Shown: one piece after another, positions 1-9,199 of the stretch
Layout: every line of letters starts with the position of its first letter
How positions within the stretch are numbered: position 1 is the first letter of the stretch
Assembly (NCBI GenBank): GCA_027025175.1
Contig: JALVRF010000005.1
Span: 1-53,891 of the forward strand
Direction of reading: 5' to 3'
Source of the DNA: Candidatus Aminicenantes bacterium
GTDB lineage: Bacteria > Acidobacteriota > Aminicenantia > S016-38
DNA length: 53,891 nucleotides
The notes under the pieces: generated by a model
Database searches by the model: none
What the model saw: only the letters and a program-made list of their open reading frames with translations
What the model was told of the DNA's origin: nothing
Translations under genes and position numbers: made by a program

Positions 1-1012
1 GGGTTATGCCGTGGACAAAGGAGGGTCCGTTGACATGAACCCTTCTGGGCTTGTCAGAGCCGTCGCTCACCATGTAGTAGCCGAATTCCCCCCTGGTGGC
101 CTCGGATTTAACATAGGTTTCCCCAGGTGGAATTTTCCAGTAAAGGACATTGGGCAGCCGGGCAAGGAATTCTCCCTTGGGCATTTTCTCTATAATTTGC
201 CTTATAAGGTTTATGCTCAGGTCTATTTCCCTTCGCCTTACAAGGAGCATGGCCCAGGCATCGCAGCCATCCTCTGTTATCACATCAAAATCAAGGTATG
301 GATAAGCCTCGTAAGGATGGTCCTTCCTCACATCGTAGGGGAAACCACATGCCCTGGCCACAGGACCGGTTATCCCCATTTCGTCCACCCACTCCCTGGG
401 AATTTTCGCAAGCCCCTTCAGCCTTTTCTGCACCACGGCATTTTCCATTATTATCTCGTCGTATTCAGGAAGCCTTCTCTCTATAATGTCCATCAACTTA
501 AGAACCCTCTCCTCAAAGCCCTCGGGAAGGTCCTTCCTTACCCCTCCTGGCATTATGTAAATGTGATAAATTCTTCCCCCTGTAAGTTCCTCAAAGAGGT
601 CAAGGATGTAATCCCTGTCCCCGATTCCCCACTGCACCGGGGTGGAAAGTCCCATGGAGCCTGCTATCCCTCCATACCACATGATGAACATCTGGAGGCG
701 GGAAAGTTCAAGGACTAAGGTCCTTATCCACTTTGCCCTTTCAGGAATCTCTATGCCGGCCAGTTCCTCAAGGCCCCTGGCAAAGTTTTCCTCGTTGGTG
801 TCAGGCTCTGGAACGCAAATTCTGCAGACTAAGGGGAAGCTTTTTATGTAAATACGCCTTTCCATTAATTTCTCAAATCCCCGGTGGAGGTATCCTATGT
901 GGGTTTTTGCCCAGGTTATGGTATCCCCTTTAAGGAGAACCTCCACGCTCATGTTTCCGGTCACCCCTGGATGCTGGGGACCTATGAAAAGTCTTACTTC
1001 TTCCTTGCTCAT
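1..1012 (-). CDS. NuoD / [NiFe]-hydrogenase large-subunit-like subunit of an Mbx/Mbs-type membrane complex (5' part only; gene runs off the left edge)
   Basis: Absent from the ORF track because no stop lies in the window. My hand translation of the minus strand from ATG 1012 reads MSKEEVRLFIGPQHPGVTGNMSVEVLLKGDTITWAKTHIGYLHRGFEKLMERRIYIKSFPLVCRICVPEPD... and stays open to position 1. GPQHPG and GYLHRGxEKL are NuoD/HycE-family signatures. ATGA overlap with the upstream gene. Confidence 0.8.
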   Translation of the reverse strand, partial: MSKEEVRLFIGPQHPGVTGNMSVEVLLKGDTITWAKTHIGYLHRGFEKLMERRIYIKSFPLVCRICVPEPDTNEENFARGLEELAGIEIPERAKWIRTLVLELSRLQMFIMWYGGIAGSMGLSTPVQWGIGDRDYILDLFEELTGGRIYHIYIMPGGVRKDLPEGFEERVLKLMDIIERRLPEYDEIIMENAVVQKRLKGLAKIPREWVDEMGITGPVARACGFPYDVRKDHPYEAYPYLDFDVITEDGCDAWAMLLVRRREIDLSINLIRQIIEKMPKGEFLARLPNVLYWKIPPGETYVKSEATRGEFGYYMVSDGSDKPRRVHVNGPSFVHGIT

Positions 1013-1551
1013 TTTCTTCTCCATTCGTCGTATTGCTCGGAAATCTGTTTTCTTATGATTATCCCGCTCTTGGGCTCCCTTTCCCCGAACTTCTCCATGG
1101 AATACTTCAGGGTATCAAAATCCCTTCTCATGGGTGGAATATCGTCCCAGTCCTCAAGGATGAGTTCCTCATGCTGGGTGGGATTCCCCTCAAAATCTAC
1201 CCCGAACATCTCGTGAATCTCCCTTTCGTAGGCCTCTGCCTGGGGCCAGATTTTGTATATGGTCTGAAACTTAGGAGCCTCCCGGTCAATTTTCGTCTTA
1301 ACCAATATGTTGTGCTTCTTTGAGGGATTCCACAGGTTATAGACCAGTTCAAATTTCCCCTCCTCTATCCAGTCCACGCAGGAAATCATCACCAGGGTTT
1401 TATACCCCTCGTATTCTTTAAGGTAAACAAGGAGAGGAATGAGGTCCTTTTCTGTGGTCCCGACCAGGGCCAGGTCCTTCCTTTTTTCCTGGCTCTGGAG
1501 AATCTCAAATTTTTCCTTCAATTTATCCAAAATCTCCATTTTCCACCTCAC
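1009..1551 (-). CDS. NuoC (30-kDa subunit)-like, MbxK/MbsK-like
   Basis: 180-aa ORF. WPQAEAYEREIHEMFGVDFEGNP matches the conserved NuoC core. 4-nt overlaps with both neighbours. Confidence 0.8.
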   Translation of the reverse strand: MRWKMEILDKLKEKFEILQSQEKRKDLALVGTTEKDLIPLLVYLKEYEGYKTLVMISCVDWIEEGKFELVYNLWNPSKKHNILVKTKIDREAPKFQTIYKIWPQAEAYEREIHEMFGVDFEGNPTQHEELILEDWDDIPPMRRDFDTLKYSMEKFGEREPKSGIIIRKQISEQYDEWRRK

Positions 1552-2126
1552 CAGTTATAATTGGGCATTCGCCAGTTCTTTATTATTTTCCTCTGGTTCT
1601 CCCTATACCAATCCAGGTTTTCAATGTATTTTTTCCACCCATCTGCCTTTCCGCTGTCTATGAGCCCCTGGAGCCTCTTAAACCCGGCTAAGATGGCCTC
1701 GGGCCTGGGCATACACCCTGTAATCCAGACATCCACCGGAAGGTAAAGGTCCAGTCTGTTTATGGCATTGTAGGAGTCGTAATACATTCCCCCGTTTATG
1801 GGACAGGCCCCTAAGGCCACCACATATTTGGGGGATTGCATCTGCTCGTAAACCCTTATGACCCTCTTAAGGGTTTTCACCGTGAGGTATCCGCTTATTA
1901 TAAGAACATCTGCCTGACGGGGGGTCCCCACCATCCTCATGCCCAGCCTTTCGGCATCAAACCTGGAGGTGAAGGTGGGACGAAGTTCTATGGAACCGCA
2001 ACCTGTCCCGTAGGCCACCACCCACAGGGACCTCGCCCTTGCCCAGTCGTTTATTTTTCTGAAAACCCCACCGTAGGTCATTTTTTCTGGCTTTTCGTTC
2101 AGGAAATAATTTTTATCCTTTCCCAT
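1548..2126 (-). CDS. NuoB / hydrogenase small-subunit-like [4Fe-4S] subunit, MbxJ/MbsJ-like
   Basis: 192 aa. SLWVVAYGTGCGSIELRP, LGACPINGG and ITGCMPRPE are the Cys-bearing NuoB/HycG motifs. Confidence 0.85.
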   Translation of the reverse strand: MGKDKNYFLNEKPEKMTYGGVFRKINDWARARSLWVVAYGTGCGSIELRPTFTSRFDAERLGMRMVGTPRQADVLIISGYLTVKTLKRVIRVYEQMQSPKYVVALGACPINGGMYYDSYNAINRLDLYLPVDVWITGCMPRPEAILAGFKRLQGLIDSGKADGWKKYIENLDWYRENQRKIIKNWRMPNYNW

Positions 2127-2129
2127 CTC

Positions 2130-3041
2130 TCACCTCACCAAATAAATCCTTACAAGGTCAATGAGCCCAAACAGGCTTGGCCAGGTCCAGAAGAAAAGCA
2201 CAGATTGCTCCAAGCGAAACCTGGGGAAAACATTGGTTATGAAAAGGGGCCACAGGAAAATCACGAAGGTTTTAACGAAAGCCCAGAGCAAATTGCTGGC
2301 CCCTCCTAAGAAAAGGTTCATGAAAAGGAGGTATTTGGCCACAGCGAAAACACTCCTTCCGGAAAACATGTAGGAAAGGAAGGTGGAGCTATATTCTGTA
2401 GGAGGTCCTATGGCTATTTCCTGGGGAGCGAGAACCACCTGAAAGGGATAGGAACCCATCATTCCCAGGAGGCTTATGAAGGCCGCGGCTGCGGCAAAGG
2501 GATGGGTAAAGATGTGCCAGTGGAGAATTCCTCCCTGCTGTGCCCTTACTATTCCTTCAATGGAGGTGGTCTTGTCCGCTATCATGAGGACCACCACAGA
2601 GATGACGAAGGGAAGTTCGTATCCTGCCATCTGGGAAAGTCCCCTGGTAACCCCTATGGGGGCGTGGGGATGACCGCTCTCTGCAGCCCCGAGCGCCATT
2701 CCTAAGCACCCCAGAACCATGAAATACATGAGAACTATCAGGTCACCGCCGAAGGAGAAATTGCTCAGATAGGGATTTCCCACCACAATGGGAACCAGAA
2801 GGAAGGTCCCAGCGCCTCCCACCAAGCGAAACATTGGGGCTAAGTAAAACATGACCCCGTGGGAAATGGCGGTTTTCTTTCGGAATAGTTTCCAAAGGTC
2901 AATGAAATTCTGCCATATGGTCGGTCCCCTTCTGTTCTGCATCCTGGCGGTTATTTTCCTTGAAACTCCGCCTAAGAAAAGCCCATAGGCAATCCCGCCC
3001 AGAAGGGCTAAAAATGCGTAAAATATCTTTGCCCACATCAT
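2130..3041 (-). CDS. NuoH / HycD-like membrane subunit, MbxM/MbsM-like
   Basis: 303-aa polytopic membrane ORF. The N-terminal RKITARMQNRRGPT resembles the NuoH motif. 4-nt overlap with the upstream gene. Confidence 0.8.
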   Translation of the reverse strand: MMWAKIFYAFLALLGGIAYGLFLGGVSRKITARMQNRRGPTIWQNFIDLWKLFRKKTAISHGVMFYLAPMFRLVGGAGTFLLVPIVVGNPYLSNFSFGGDLIVLMYFMVLGCLGMALGAAESGHPHAPIGVTRGLSQMAGYELPFVISVVVLMIADKTTSIEGIVRAQQGGILHWHIFTHPFAAAAAFISLLGMMGSYPFQVVLAPQEIAIGPPTEYSSTFLSYMFSGRSVFAVAKYLLFMNLFLGGASNLLWAFVKTFVIFLWPLFITNVFPRFRLEQSVLFFWTWPSLFGLIDLVRIYLVR

Positions 3042-6000
3042 TTCACCCCTGTAAAGGCATAAAGGATAATGATTGAAATGAGAATCACATAGGCGGCGTA
3101 GGTGTTAACATCCCCTGTGTAAATTCTCCTTCCCATCTCAGCAAAGGCCCCAATCCATTGGTAAATTCCCCTCCATATTTTGCTCACTAAAGGATAAATC
3201 AGCCATTTCACCGCCCTGCGGAAGTGGTCGTAAAGACCATAACCGAAGTGAAGGTCCTCCGGGGCGCGGGGAACCTCTCCTGAATAGCCCACATCCAGCT
3301 GACCAACCTTTCTTATTCTGGCCGAGGTGAGGGCGAAGAATACCAGGGCAAGTAGGAAGGAGCCCACAAGGAAAACCATGAGGAAGAAGGCATTCCAGTG
3401 GCCGAGTTTAGAAACAATCCCCAGGGCCTTATGATAATGGAAACCTGGGTTTTCCATACCCGGAATACCGGAAAGAACTTTGTTTATCGGATTGAGAAGA
3501 AGATTGGGGAAAGCACCCAAAACTCCAAGAGGAATTAAAAGGATTACCTCCACCAAGGCTATTGGCCAGGGGGCTTCCTTTACATTCTCGTTTTCCTCCT
3601 GGAGCTGGCCCAAGAAAACCGCATGGAGAATCTTAAAGCAGTAAAGGAAGGCTAAGGTGGAGGCGAGAAAAGCCACCACGGTTATAAAAATCCATCCCTT
3701 CTCAATGAGGGCCGAATAAAGGAGCCATTTTGCTGCGAATCCCGAAAGGGGAGGAATCCCGGCTAAGGCTATTATGGCAAGAAGGGTGGCAAAGAAGGTA
3801 AGGGGCATTCTTCTAATGAGCCCTCCCATGTGGGGCAGGTAAGAGGTTCCTACCCTGTAAATTATCCCTGCTGCCGCCACGAAGAGAAGCCCTTTGAAGA
3901 TGAAGTGGTTTACCGTGTGATAAAGGGCAGCGTTCCATCCTAAGGGAGTAAAAAGGGAAAGCCCTATAAGGATATAGCCCACCTGTCCCACGGAGGAATA
4001 GGCAAGGAGTTTTTTAAGGTCGTCCTGAAACACTGCAAGGAGGGTCATGAAGAAGGCGGTCAGTGCTCCAGCCCATCCAAGAAGGTAACGAAAACCTGCC
4101 CCGGAAAGAGCAGTAAGCACATAGAGGAAAACCAGGCCAGAGCCGAAAACCCCCATTTTGGACATTATCCCGGAAAGCAGGGGCGTAAATTCGTCGGGAC
4201 TTTCCCCGTAGGCATCCCTGGCCCATATGTGGAGCGGGGAGGTGGCCATTTTAACCAGGAAGGCTAAGGAAATAAGGACCGCTGGAAGAAGGCCGTAAAA
4301 TTTACCCGGAGCCAAACTCAGGGAAGGAAGGAGGTAAATTCCCCCGAGCATGGCATAAGCCCCTGCTGCGGAAAATACTGCATAAATCCAGGCAGCCTTT
4401 TTCCCTTTTCCCATGTTTATAAGGAGGAAGGAAGCCCAGCTCATTATCTCCCAGAAAACGAATACCGAAAGCCAGGTAGAGGAAAGGACAAGTCCAGCCA
4501 TGGAAAAGAGAACAACCAGGTAGGCAGGATAAAAGGATGAGGAAAGTTTTTTAGAGCCGGGATAGGTGGCCAACAGAAGGACCGCACCTCCGAAAAGAAC
4601 AAGGGCAAGGAAAAACCCGTGAAGGTCGGGTTTTATGTACGGGTAAAGGGAATATATCCCATAGGCCAAAACCCCCAACGAAGCTATCCACTGAAGCAGC
4701 CTTGAGGCTCCAAGGAAGTAAACCAGAAGGGAAATTCCAAGAAGGAGCAAAATTTCTGGTTTTACCGGAATGTGAATTTTATCGGTGAACATTCCCCAGA
4801 CTACTGGCACAGAAGCAATAAGAATCAGGGAAGATATTAATGGAGAGGCCAGATTTCTTCCCACCTTCTTTCCTTTCCCCTCGGAGGCTATTCTGTAAAA
4901 GCGGAAGTAATAAACCACCTCGGCCAGGGCCCCAAGAAGAACCAGCCCCACAACCCAGGAATAATTTCTGGGAATAGCGAAGATGAGAAGTATCTTGGCC
5001 CAGAATCCCGGGAAGGGAGGAACCCCTGCTATGGAGAAAACCGAGGTGGAAAAGGAAAACTTGAATACGGGATTGGAGGCAAGAACACCCCTCCAGCCCT
5101 CAATTTTCCTTTCTTTCACGTTGTCCGCAAGGAGAAAAAGGGAGGACTTGCCGAAGGAGTGATTAAAGACCAGAAGGACCATGGCAAGGCCCATCATGAG
5201 CCTTGAGGACGATGAAACCGAAGGGTTCAGGAAGAATCCGGCTACCAGAATAAGAAGTCCCAACTGGGCCACCGAGGAATAACCGAGGAGCCTGCGGACA
5301 TCCTTCTGCCTCCAGGCAAAAAACTGGCTTACTAAATAGGTCAATCCTCCAAAGAGAAGGGCTAAGTGGAAAAAGGAAGGCAGGGGAAGATAATGGGCTG
5401 TTTTTACGAAAACCAGATAAAAGGCCTTTACTGCTGCCCCTGCCAGAAGGGCTACCACCACAGGGTCTGCCCCCTGATAAACATCCAAGGCCCAGCCGTT
5501 TACAGGGAAAACTTCCAGTTCAATAAGAAGCCCGGCAAGAATCATAAGGGTAATAAGGGCCAGGACCGCGGAGGAAATCCCCCCGGCCAGTTTGCCTGCT
5601 ATATCCAGCATGTTCAGACTTCCGGTGGCCTTGTAAAGGAAAACCACTCCTAAAAGTATGAAGGTTGAACTTATGGAGCCTATAACCATGTATTTAAAGG
5701 CGGCCTCAAGGGCCTTTTCGTCCTTAGAAGAAGCCACCAGCCCGTAGGCTGCTATGGAAGTAATTTCCACGAAAACGAACAGGTTGAAAAAGTCTCCGGT
5801 GAAACTTATTCCGGTCGCACCTAAGGAAAGAAGGAGAAACAGGATGAGAGCCTTCCCTTCGGGCTGAGGGAGTCCCCTTACGAACCAGTGGATGGCCCCT
5901 AAAAGGGCGATGGTGAAAATAAGGAATCCTAAGGCAGCCTCCGCTTTTCCTACCAGCAGGTTAATTCCTATGGGAGGGGGAAAACCGCCAATCTTTACCA

Positions 6001-6181
6001 GGATGGGCTTTGCGATTTTGCCTGTGATAAAGCCATAGAAATTAACCCCGGAGACTAAGAAGTCAAATGCAAGGGTAAGGAGGAAGAAAACCCTTGCCCA
6101 TATTCTGTTGTAAACCTGAAGTATGCCTATGAAAAAGGCCGAAGCCAGGGTAACTCCGATTATAATTATGGGATTTACCAT
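3038..6181 (-). CDS. Fused double antiporter-like subunit (two NuoL/M/N - MrpA/D type modules in one 1047-aa protein; MbxH+H' equivalent)
   Basis: Single uninterrupted ORF with two proton-antiporter cores. The first carries KYMVIGSISSTFILLG...LLGYSSVAQLG. The second carries SPLHIWARDAYGESP...LLAYSSVGQVGY...HTVNHFIFKGLLF...LSGFAAKW. Confidence 0.8.
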   Translation of the reverse strand: MVNPIIIIGVTLASAFFIGILQVYNRIWARVFFLLTLAFDFLVSGVNFYGFITGKIAKPILVKIGGFPPPIGINLLVGKAEAALGFLIFTIALLGAIHWFVRGLPQPEGKALILFLLLSLGATGISFTGDFFNLFVFVEITSIAAYGLVASSKDEKALEAAFKYMVIGSISSTFILLGVVFLYKATGSLNMLDIAGKLAGGISSAVLALITLMILAGLLIELEVFPVNGWALDVYQGADPVVVALLAGAAVKAFYLVFVKTAHYLPLPSFFHLALLFGGLTYLVSQFFAWRQKDVRRLLGYSSVAQLGLLILVAGFFLNPSVSSSSRLMMGLAMVLLVFNHSFGKSSLFLLADNVKERKIEGWRGVLASNPVFKFSFSTSVFSIAGVPPFPGFWAKILLIFAIPRNYSWVVGLVLLGALAEVVYYFRFYRIASEGKGKKVGRNLASPLISSLILIASVPVVWGMFTDKIHIPVKPEILLLLGISLLVYFLGASRLLQWIASLGVLAYGIYSLYPYIKPDLHGFFLALVLFGGAVLLLATYPGSKKLSSSFYPAYLVVLFSMAGLVLSSTWLSVFVFWEIMSWASFLLINMGKGKKAAWIYAVFSAAGAYAMLGGIYLLPSLSLAPGKFYGLLPAVLISLAFLVKMATSPLHIWARDAYGESPDEFTPLLSGIMSKMGVFGSGLVFLYVLTALSGAGFRYLLGWAGALTAFFMTLLAVFQDDLKKLLAYSSVGQVGYILIGLSLFTPLGWNAALYHTVNHFIFKGLLFVAAAGIIYRVGTSYLPHMGGLIRRMPLTFFATLLAIIALAGIPPLSGFAAKWLLYSALIEKGWIFITVVAFLASTLAFLYCFKILHAVFLGQLQEENENVKEAPWPIALVEVILLIPLGVLGAFPNLLLNPINKVLSGIPGMENPGFHYHKALGIVSKLGHWNAFFLMVFLVGSFLLALVFFALTSARIRKVGQLDVGYSGEVPRAPEDLHFGYGLYDHFRRAVKWLIYPLVSKIWRGIYQWIGAFAEMGRRIYTGDVNTYAAYVILISIIILYAFTGVK

Positions 6182-6528
6182 TTCAACTCCTTGTATTCTT
6201 CAATTTCAAGGGTTTTCTTTTTGGAATACATGAGCATCACAATGGAAAGGGCCACTGCAGTGACCGCAACTCCTATGACTATGGCCGTAAGGACCAGGGC
6301 CTGAGGAAGGGGGTCCACCACCTTGGAGGATGTGTTAACCAGAAGGTCCTTGATGTTTACGATGGGGGCTGTCCTTCCCCGGATGAAACCCAAGGAAATG
6401 ATGAGCACATTAACACCGGTGTCCATAAGGGAAAGCCCTATAACTATTTTCATTATGTTCCTCTTAACCAAAACCGCATAAAGCCCTATGAGTATCAAGA
6501 GTATAGAAGCGACGAAGAAAGCCATCAT
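6175..6528 (-). CDS. MrpC/MnhC (NuoK-like) subunit
   Basis: 117-aa, three-helix hydrophobic ORF in the position of MrpC/MbxG. Overlaps both neighbours. Confidence 0.7.
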   Translation of the reverse strand: MMAFFVASILLILIGLYAVLVKRNIMKIVIGLSLMDTGVNVLIISLGFIRGRTAPIVNIKDLLVNTSSKVVDPLPQALVLTAIVIGVAVTAVALSIVMLMYSKKKTLEIEEYKELKW

Positions 6529-7217
6529 TCCTCCTTGGTGGTCTTAATCATATCGGTTATAAGGCCCGAAAGTTCGGAGCCCACTTTAAATCCCACCGCC
6601 ACATATATGAGGGGAATTACACCGGCGGAAAACAGGCGGTTCCACTGACCCAGGGGGATTATGTTGTTAGCCAGAAAACTCCCACCCCAGATGAGGCCTG
6701 CAAAACCTATAAGAACGAAGGTAATTCCCGCAAGTCCCTCCACCGTGGAAAGGGCCCTGTGGTTGGGATGGAAGGTAAAGTGGGCAAGAAGCATCAGCAT
6801 TACTGCAGAGGCAATAACAGTTCCTCCCTGGAAACCTCCCCCTGGAGTTAGGTGCCCGTGAATGAATATGTAGGCACCGAAAAGAATAAGGAGAGGATAA
6901 AGGGTTTCCGAGGCGGTTTTGACGATGAGGCTGGCCTCCCTTCTTTCGTATCTTCTCCTGCAACGGCAGGTGGAAAGGAGGAAAGCCAGGGCAGTGGCTG
7001 CCAGGAAAAGCACGGTGACCTCGCCAAGGGTATCAAATCCCCTGTAGTTTACCACTATGGAGGTCACCAGGTTGGAGCCCCTATTCTCCTCAATTCCTTT
7101 ATCCACATAATGCCTGGAAACTCCCCACTTCTCTTCTCCAAAGGGAAAGGAGGAAGTTATTTTGGCCATAAAGAAGCCGAGAACGATGAGGAAAATTATT
7201 GCCAGCCATTTTCTCAT
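6525..7217 (-). CDS. MrpB/MnhB-like membrane subunit
   Basis: 230-aa membrane ORF. NYRGFDTLGEVTVL is the MnhB-domain motif. Confidence 0.75.
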   Translation of the reverse strand: MRKWLAIIFLIVLGFFMAKITSSFPFGEEKWGVSRHYVDKGIEENRGSNLVTSIVVNYRGFDTLGEVTVLFLAATALAFLLSTCRCRRRYERREASLIVKTASETLYPLLILFGAYIFIHGHLTPGGGFQGGTVIASAVMLMLLAHFTFHPNHRALSTVEGLAGITFVLIGFAGLIWGGSFLANNIIPLGQWNRLFSAGVIPLIYVAVGFKVGSELSGLITDMIKTTKEE

Positions 7218-7459
7218 TTCTCGTACCTCTCAGTTTTTCTTATGGCGATTATGAAAATAAGGGTGGTAAGTCCCGCACCTATGGCAGCCTCAGTCATGGC
7301 CACATCAGGAGCCTGAAGATAAAGGTAAACTATGGAAGCCACCAAGGAAACGAAGCCTGCCGCTACCACCGAGGCAAGAAGGTCCTTGGTTTCCACCGCA
7401 TATATGGCCAGACCCAGCATTAGAAATAAAAGAAAAAGCATGAAATACTCAAGAATCAT
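7214..7459 (-). CDS. DUF4040 / MbhD-like small membrane subunit
   Basis: The track ORF extends to 7564, but AAGGAGG lies 7 nt upstream of the ATG at 7459. The product MILEYFMLFLLFLMLGLAIYAV...APDVAMTEAAIGAGLTT resembles the MnhB N-terminal/DUF4040 module. Confidence 0.6.
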   Translation of the reverse strand: MILEYFMLFLLFLMLGLAIYAVETKDLLASVVAAGFVSLVASIVYLYLQAPDVAMTEAAIGAGLTTLIFIIAIRKTERYEK

Positions 7460-7805
7460 TTTCTTCCTCCTTGAGTCCCCTTTCCTTATCCTCGGCATAT
7501 CTATCAAGAACAGAGCCCTCGGCAAGGGGAATGCCCTTGTTATGGGAAGCCCTGGCCAGGGCATGGGAGGATACGGGATTGGTAAGAAGGATGAAAAGGG
7601 AGATTATGGCTGTTTTAAAGAACCACTGGGGATGGTAAATGCCAACCCCCATTATAAGGGAAAGGGCCCCTAAGGTAGTGGCCTTTGTTCCTGTCTGCAT
7701 CCTGTTGTAAACATCCGGCATTCTCAGGAGCCCTATTCCAGCGAGAAACAGAAACAGGGACCCCACCAGTATAAGAAATTCTCCCAGGGCTCGGTAAACC
7801 ATCAA
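7449..7805 (-). CDS. MrpG/MnhG subunit
   Basis: 118 aa. GLLRMPDVYNRMQTGTKATTLG matches the MnhG/PhaG motif. Confidence 0.8.
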   Translation of the reverse strand: MMVYRALGEFLILVGSLFLFLAGIGLLRMPDVYNRMQTGTKATTLGALSLIMGVGIYHPQWFFKTAIISLFILLTNPVSSHALARASHNKGIPLAEGSVLDRYAEDKERGLKEEENDS

Positions 7806-8059
7806 ACACCTCCTTCTAAATACCGGGCAAGGGCTATAACTCCCAGGAAGGCAAGAACCGCATAGACCAGGGCCACATCAAGGTAAATGGCTCTGTGAAA
7901 AATCTGGGAGAAAAGAACAATCATTGCCGTGGTTATGGTGGTGGCTGTATCCAGTCCCACTGCCCTATCGGAAATGGTGGGACCGGCCACAATCCTGTAA
8001 ACCGCCATCACAGTGGCCAAACTGACAAGGGCGAAAACTATTATAAGGAGATTACTCAA
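7802..8059 (-). CDS. MrpF/MnhF subunit
   Basis: 85 aa. YRIVAGPTISDRAVGLD matches the MnhF motif. Confidence 0.8.
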   Translation of the reverse strand: MSNLLIIVFALVSLATVMAVYRIVAGPTISDRAVGLDTATTITTAMIVLFSQIFHRAIYLDVALVYAVLAFLGVIALARYLEGGV

Positions 8060-8537
8060 AGATCACCTCCAGAAACCTCTCAAATCCCTTTACTATTTCC
8101 TGGGTGGCCGCCTCTATGTCAGGACTTTTAACATCTATCCAGTGAATGTAAAGGTACTGACCAACAATATCCACGGAAAGGGTGCCAGGGGTCAGGGTTA
8201 TGGAATTGGCTAAGGCGAGTTTTCCTGCATGAGTTTTGAGCTTGGTTTTTACCTTTACTATACCCGGATTTATGGGGAGCCGGGGATTTATAACCCTCAT
8301 TGCCACATCCAGGTTTGCCTTTACCATGGCGTAAATAAAGTAGAAGAGATAGATGAAGGTAAATAAATACCTTTTGGGCTGAAGCCATTTTTTAGGCTCA
8401 GGACCGGCCACCCCCGGGGCTATCATGCTAATGACCGCGGCGGTTATAAGGCCCACGGAAAGTTCCTGAGGGTCAAAACTTCCGGTTATGGCCACCCACA
8501 GAACGAAAAGCACAACTGTTGAAACGACAACCTTCAT
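8052..8537 (-). CDS. MrpE/MnhE subunit
   Basis: 161 aa with two N-terminal TM helices followed by a soluble domain. It is the first Mrp gene of the operon, in the MbxA position. Confidence 0.7.
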   Translation of the reverse strand: MKVVVSTVVLFVLWVAITGSFDPQELSVGLITAAVISMIAPGVAGPEPKKWLQPKRYLFTFIYLFYFIYAMVKANLDVAMRVINPRLPINPGIVKVKTKLKTHAGKLALANSITLTPGTLSVDIVGQYLYIHWIDVKSPDIEAATQEIVKGFERFLEVIFE

Positions 8538-9163
8538 GCCACACTCCCTTTTTTAATCTTGTATGCCAAATACTCTATTTCCGATGCTATTTCCACATAA
8601 TTAATCACAACCCCGGGTGGAGCCTTTATACCCTGAAGGGCAAAACTGAGGATTCCTTTTATGCCTGCCCTGGAAAGCAGGTTCACCGTCTCCTGGAGGC
8701 CTTCCGGGGGAATAGCAAGAACTGCAATCTGAGGGGCATGTTTTTTGTAAAATCCCTCAATTTCCCCTATGGGTAAAACTTCCACCCCGTTTATCCTCTT
8801 TCCGATTTTTTTCTCATTTCTGTCAAAGGCGGCCAGAACCTTAAAATATGGTATCTCCTTCAGGTGGTGGATAAGGGCCCTGCCCAGGTTTCCGGCCCCC
8901 ACGATTATCACCCTTATGGGTTCGTTTATTCCTATTATCTCCTCTATGGCCTTAGAAAGTTCCCCTACCCTGTAGCCCTTACCCCTGATGCCAAACTCTC
9001 CGAAATAGGAAAGGTCCTTCCTCACCAGGGAACCTGAGATCCCGCAGGTCCGGGCCAGGTCAGAAGACTGGACCCATTCCTGACCCTCAGCCTCAGCCTG
9101 GCGCAGGCACCTGAGGTAGGTGCTTAATCTCCTTATGCTAACTTCAGGTATGGTTATAGCCAT
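8534..9163 (-). CDS. rex: Redox-sensing transcriptional repressor Rex
   Basis: 209 aa. Winged-helix N-terminus RRLSTYLRCL...SSDLA, and a Rossmann motif IIVGAGNLGRAL. ATGA overlap with the MrpE-like gene. Confidence 0.9.
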   Translation of the reverse strand: MAITIPEVSIRRLSTYLRCLRQAEAEGQEWVQSSDLARTCGISGSLVRKDLSYFGEFGIRGKGYRVGELSKAIEEIIGINEPIRVIIVGAGNLGRALIHHLKEIPYFKVLAAFDRNEKKIGKRINGVEVLPIGEIEGFYKKHAPQIAVLAIPPEGLQETVNLLSRAGIKGILSFALQGIKAPPGVVINYVEIASEIEYLAYKIKKGSVA

Positions 9164-9168
9164 TTTTC

Positions 9169-9192
9169 TTGTGAAAGTTCTAACTTAAACAA
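9169..9192 (-). promoter_or_regulatory. Possible Rex-type operator (imperfect)
   Basis: The minus strand reads TTGTTTAAGTTAGAACTTTCACAA, just downstream of the putative -10 and 5 nt before the rex ATG. The right half TTCACAA equals the Rex consensus half-site. The left half is degenerate and the spacing is 4 nt wider than TTGTGAA-N6-TTCACAA. Confidence 0.25.
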
Positions 9193-9199
9193 GGTGAGT

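Noticed and set aside
11-718. 235-aa plus-strand ORF at the left edge
   Set aside because: It lies antisense to a minus-strand frame that carries clear NuoD-family signatures (GPQHPG, GYLHRGFEKL) and is translationally coupled to the NuoC-like gene. The plus-strand product is P/H/G-rich with no family resemblance and starts with GTG.
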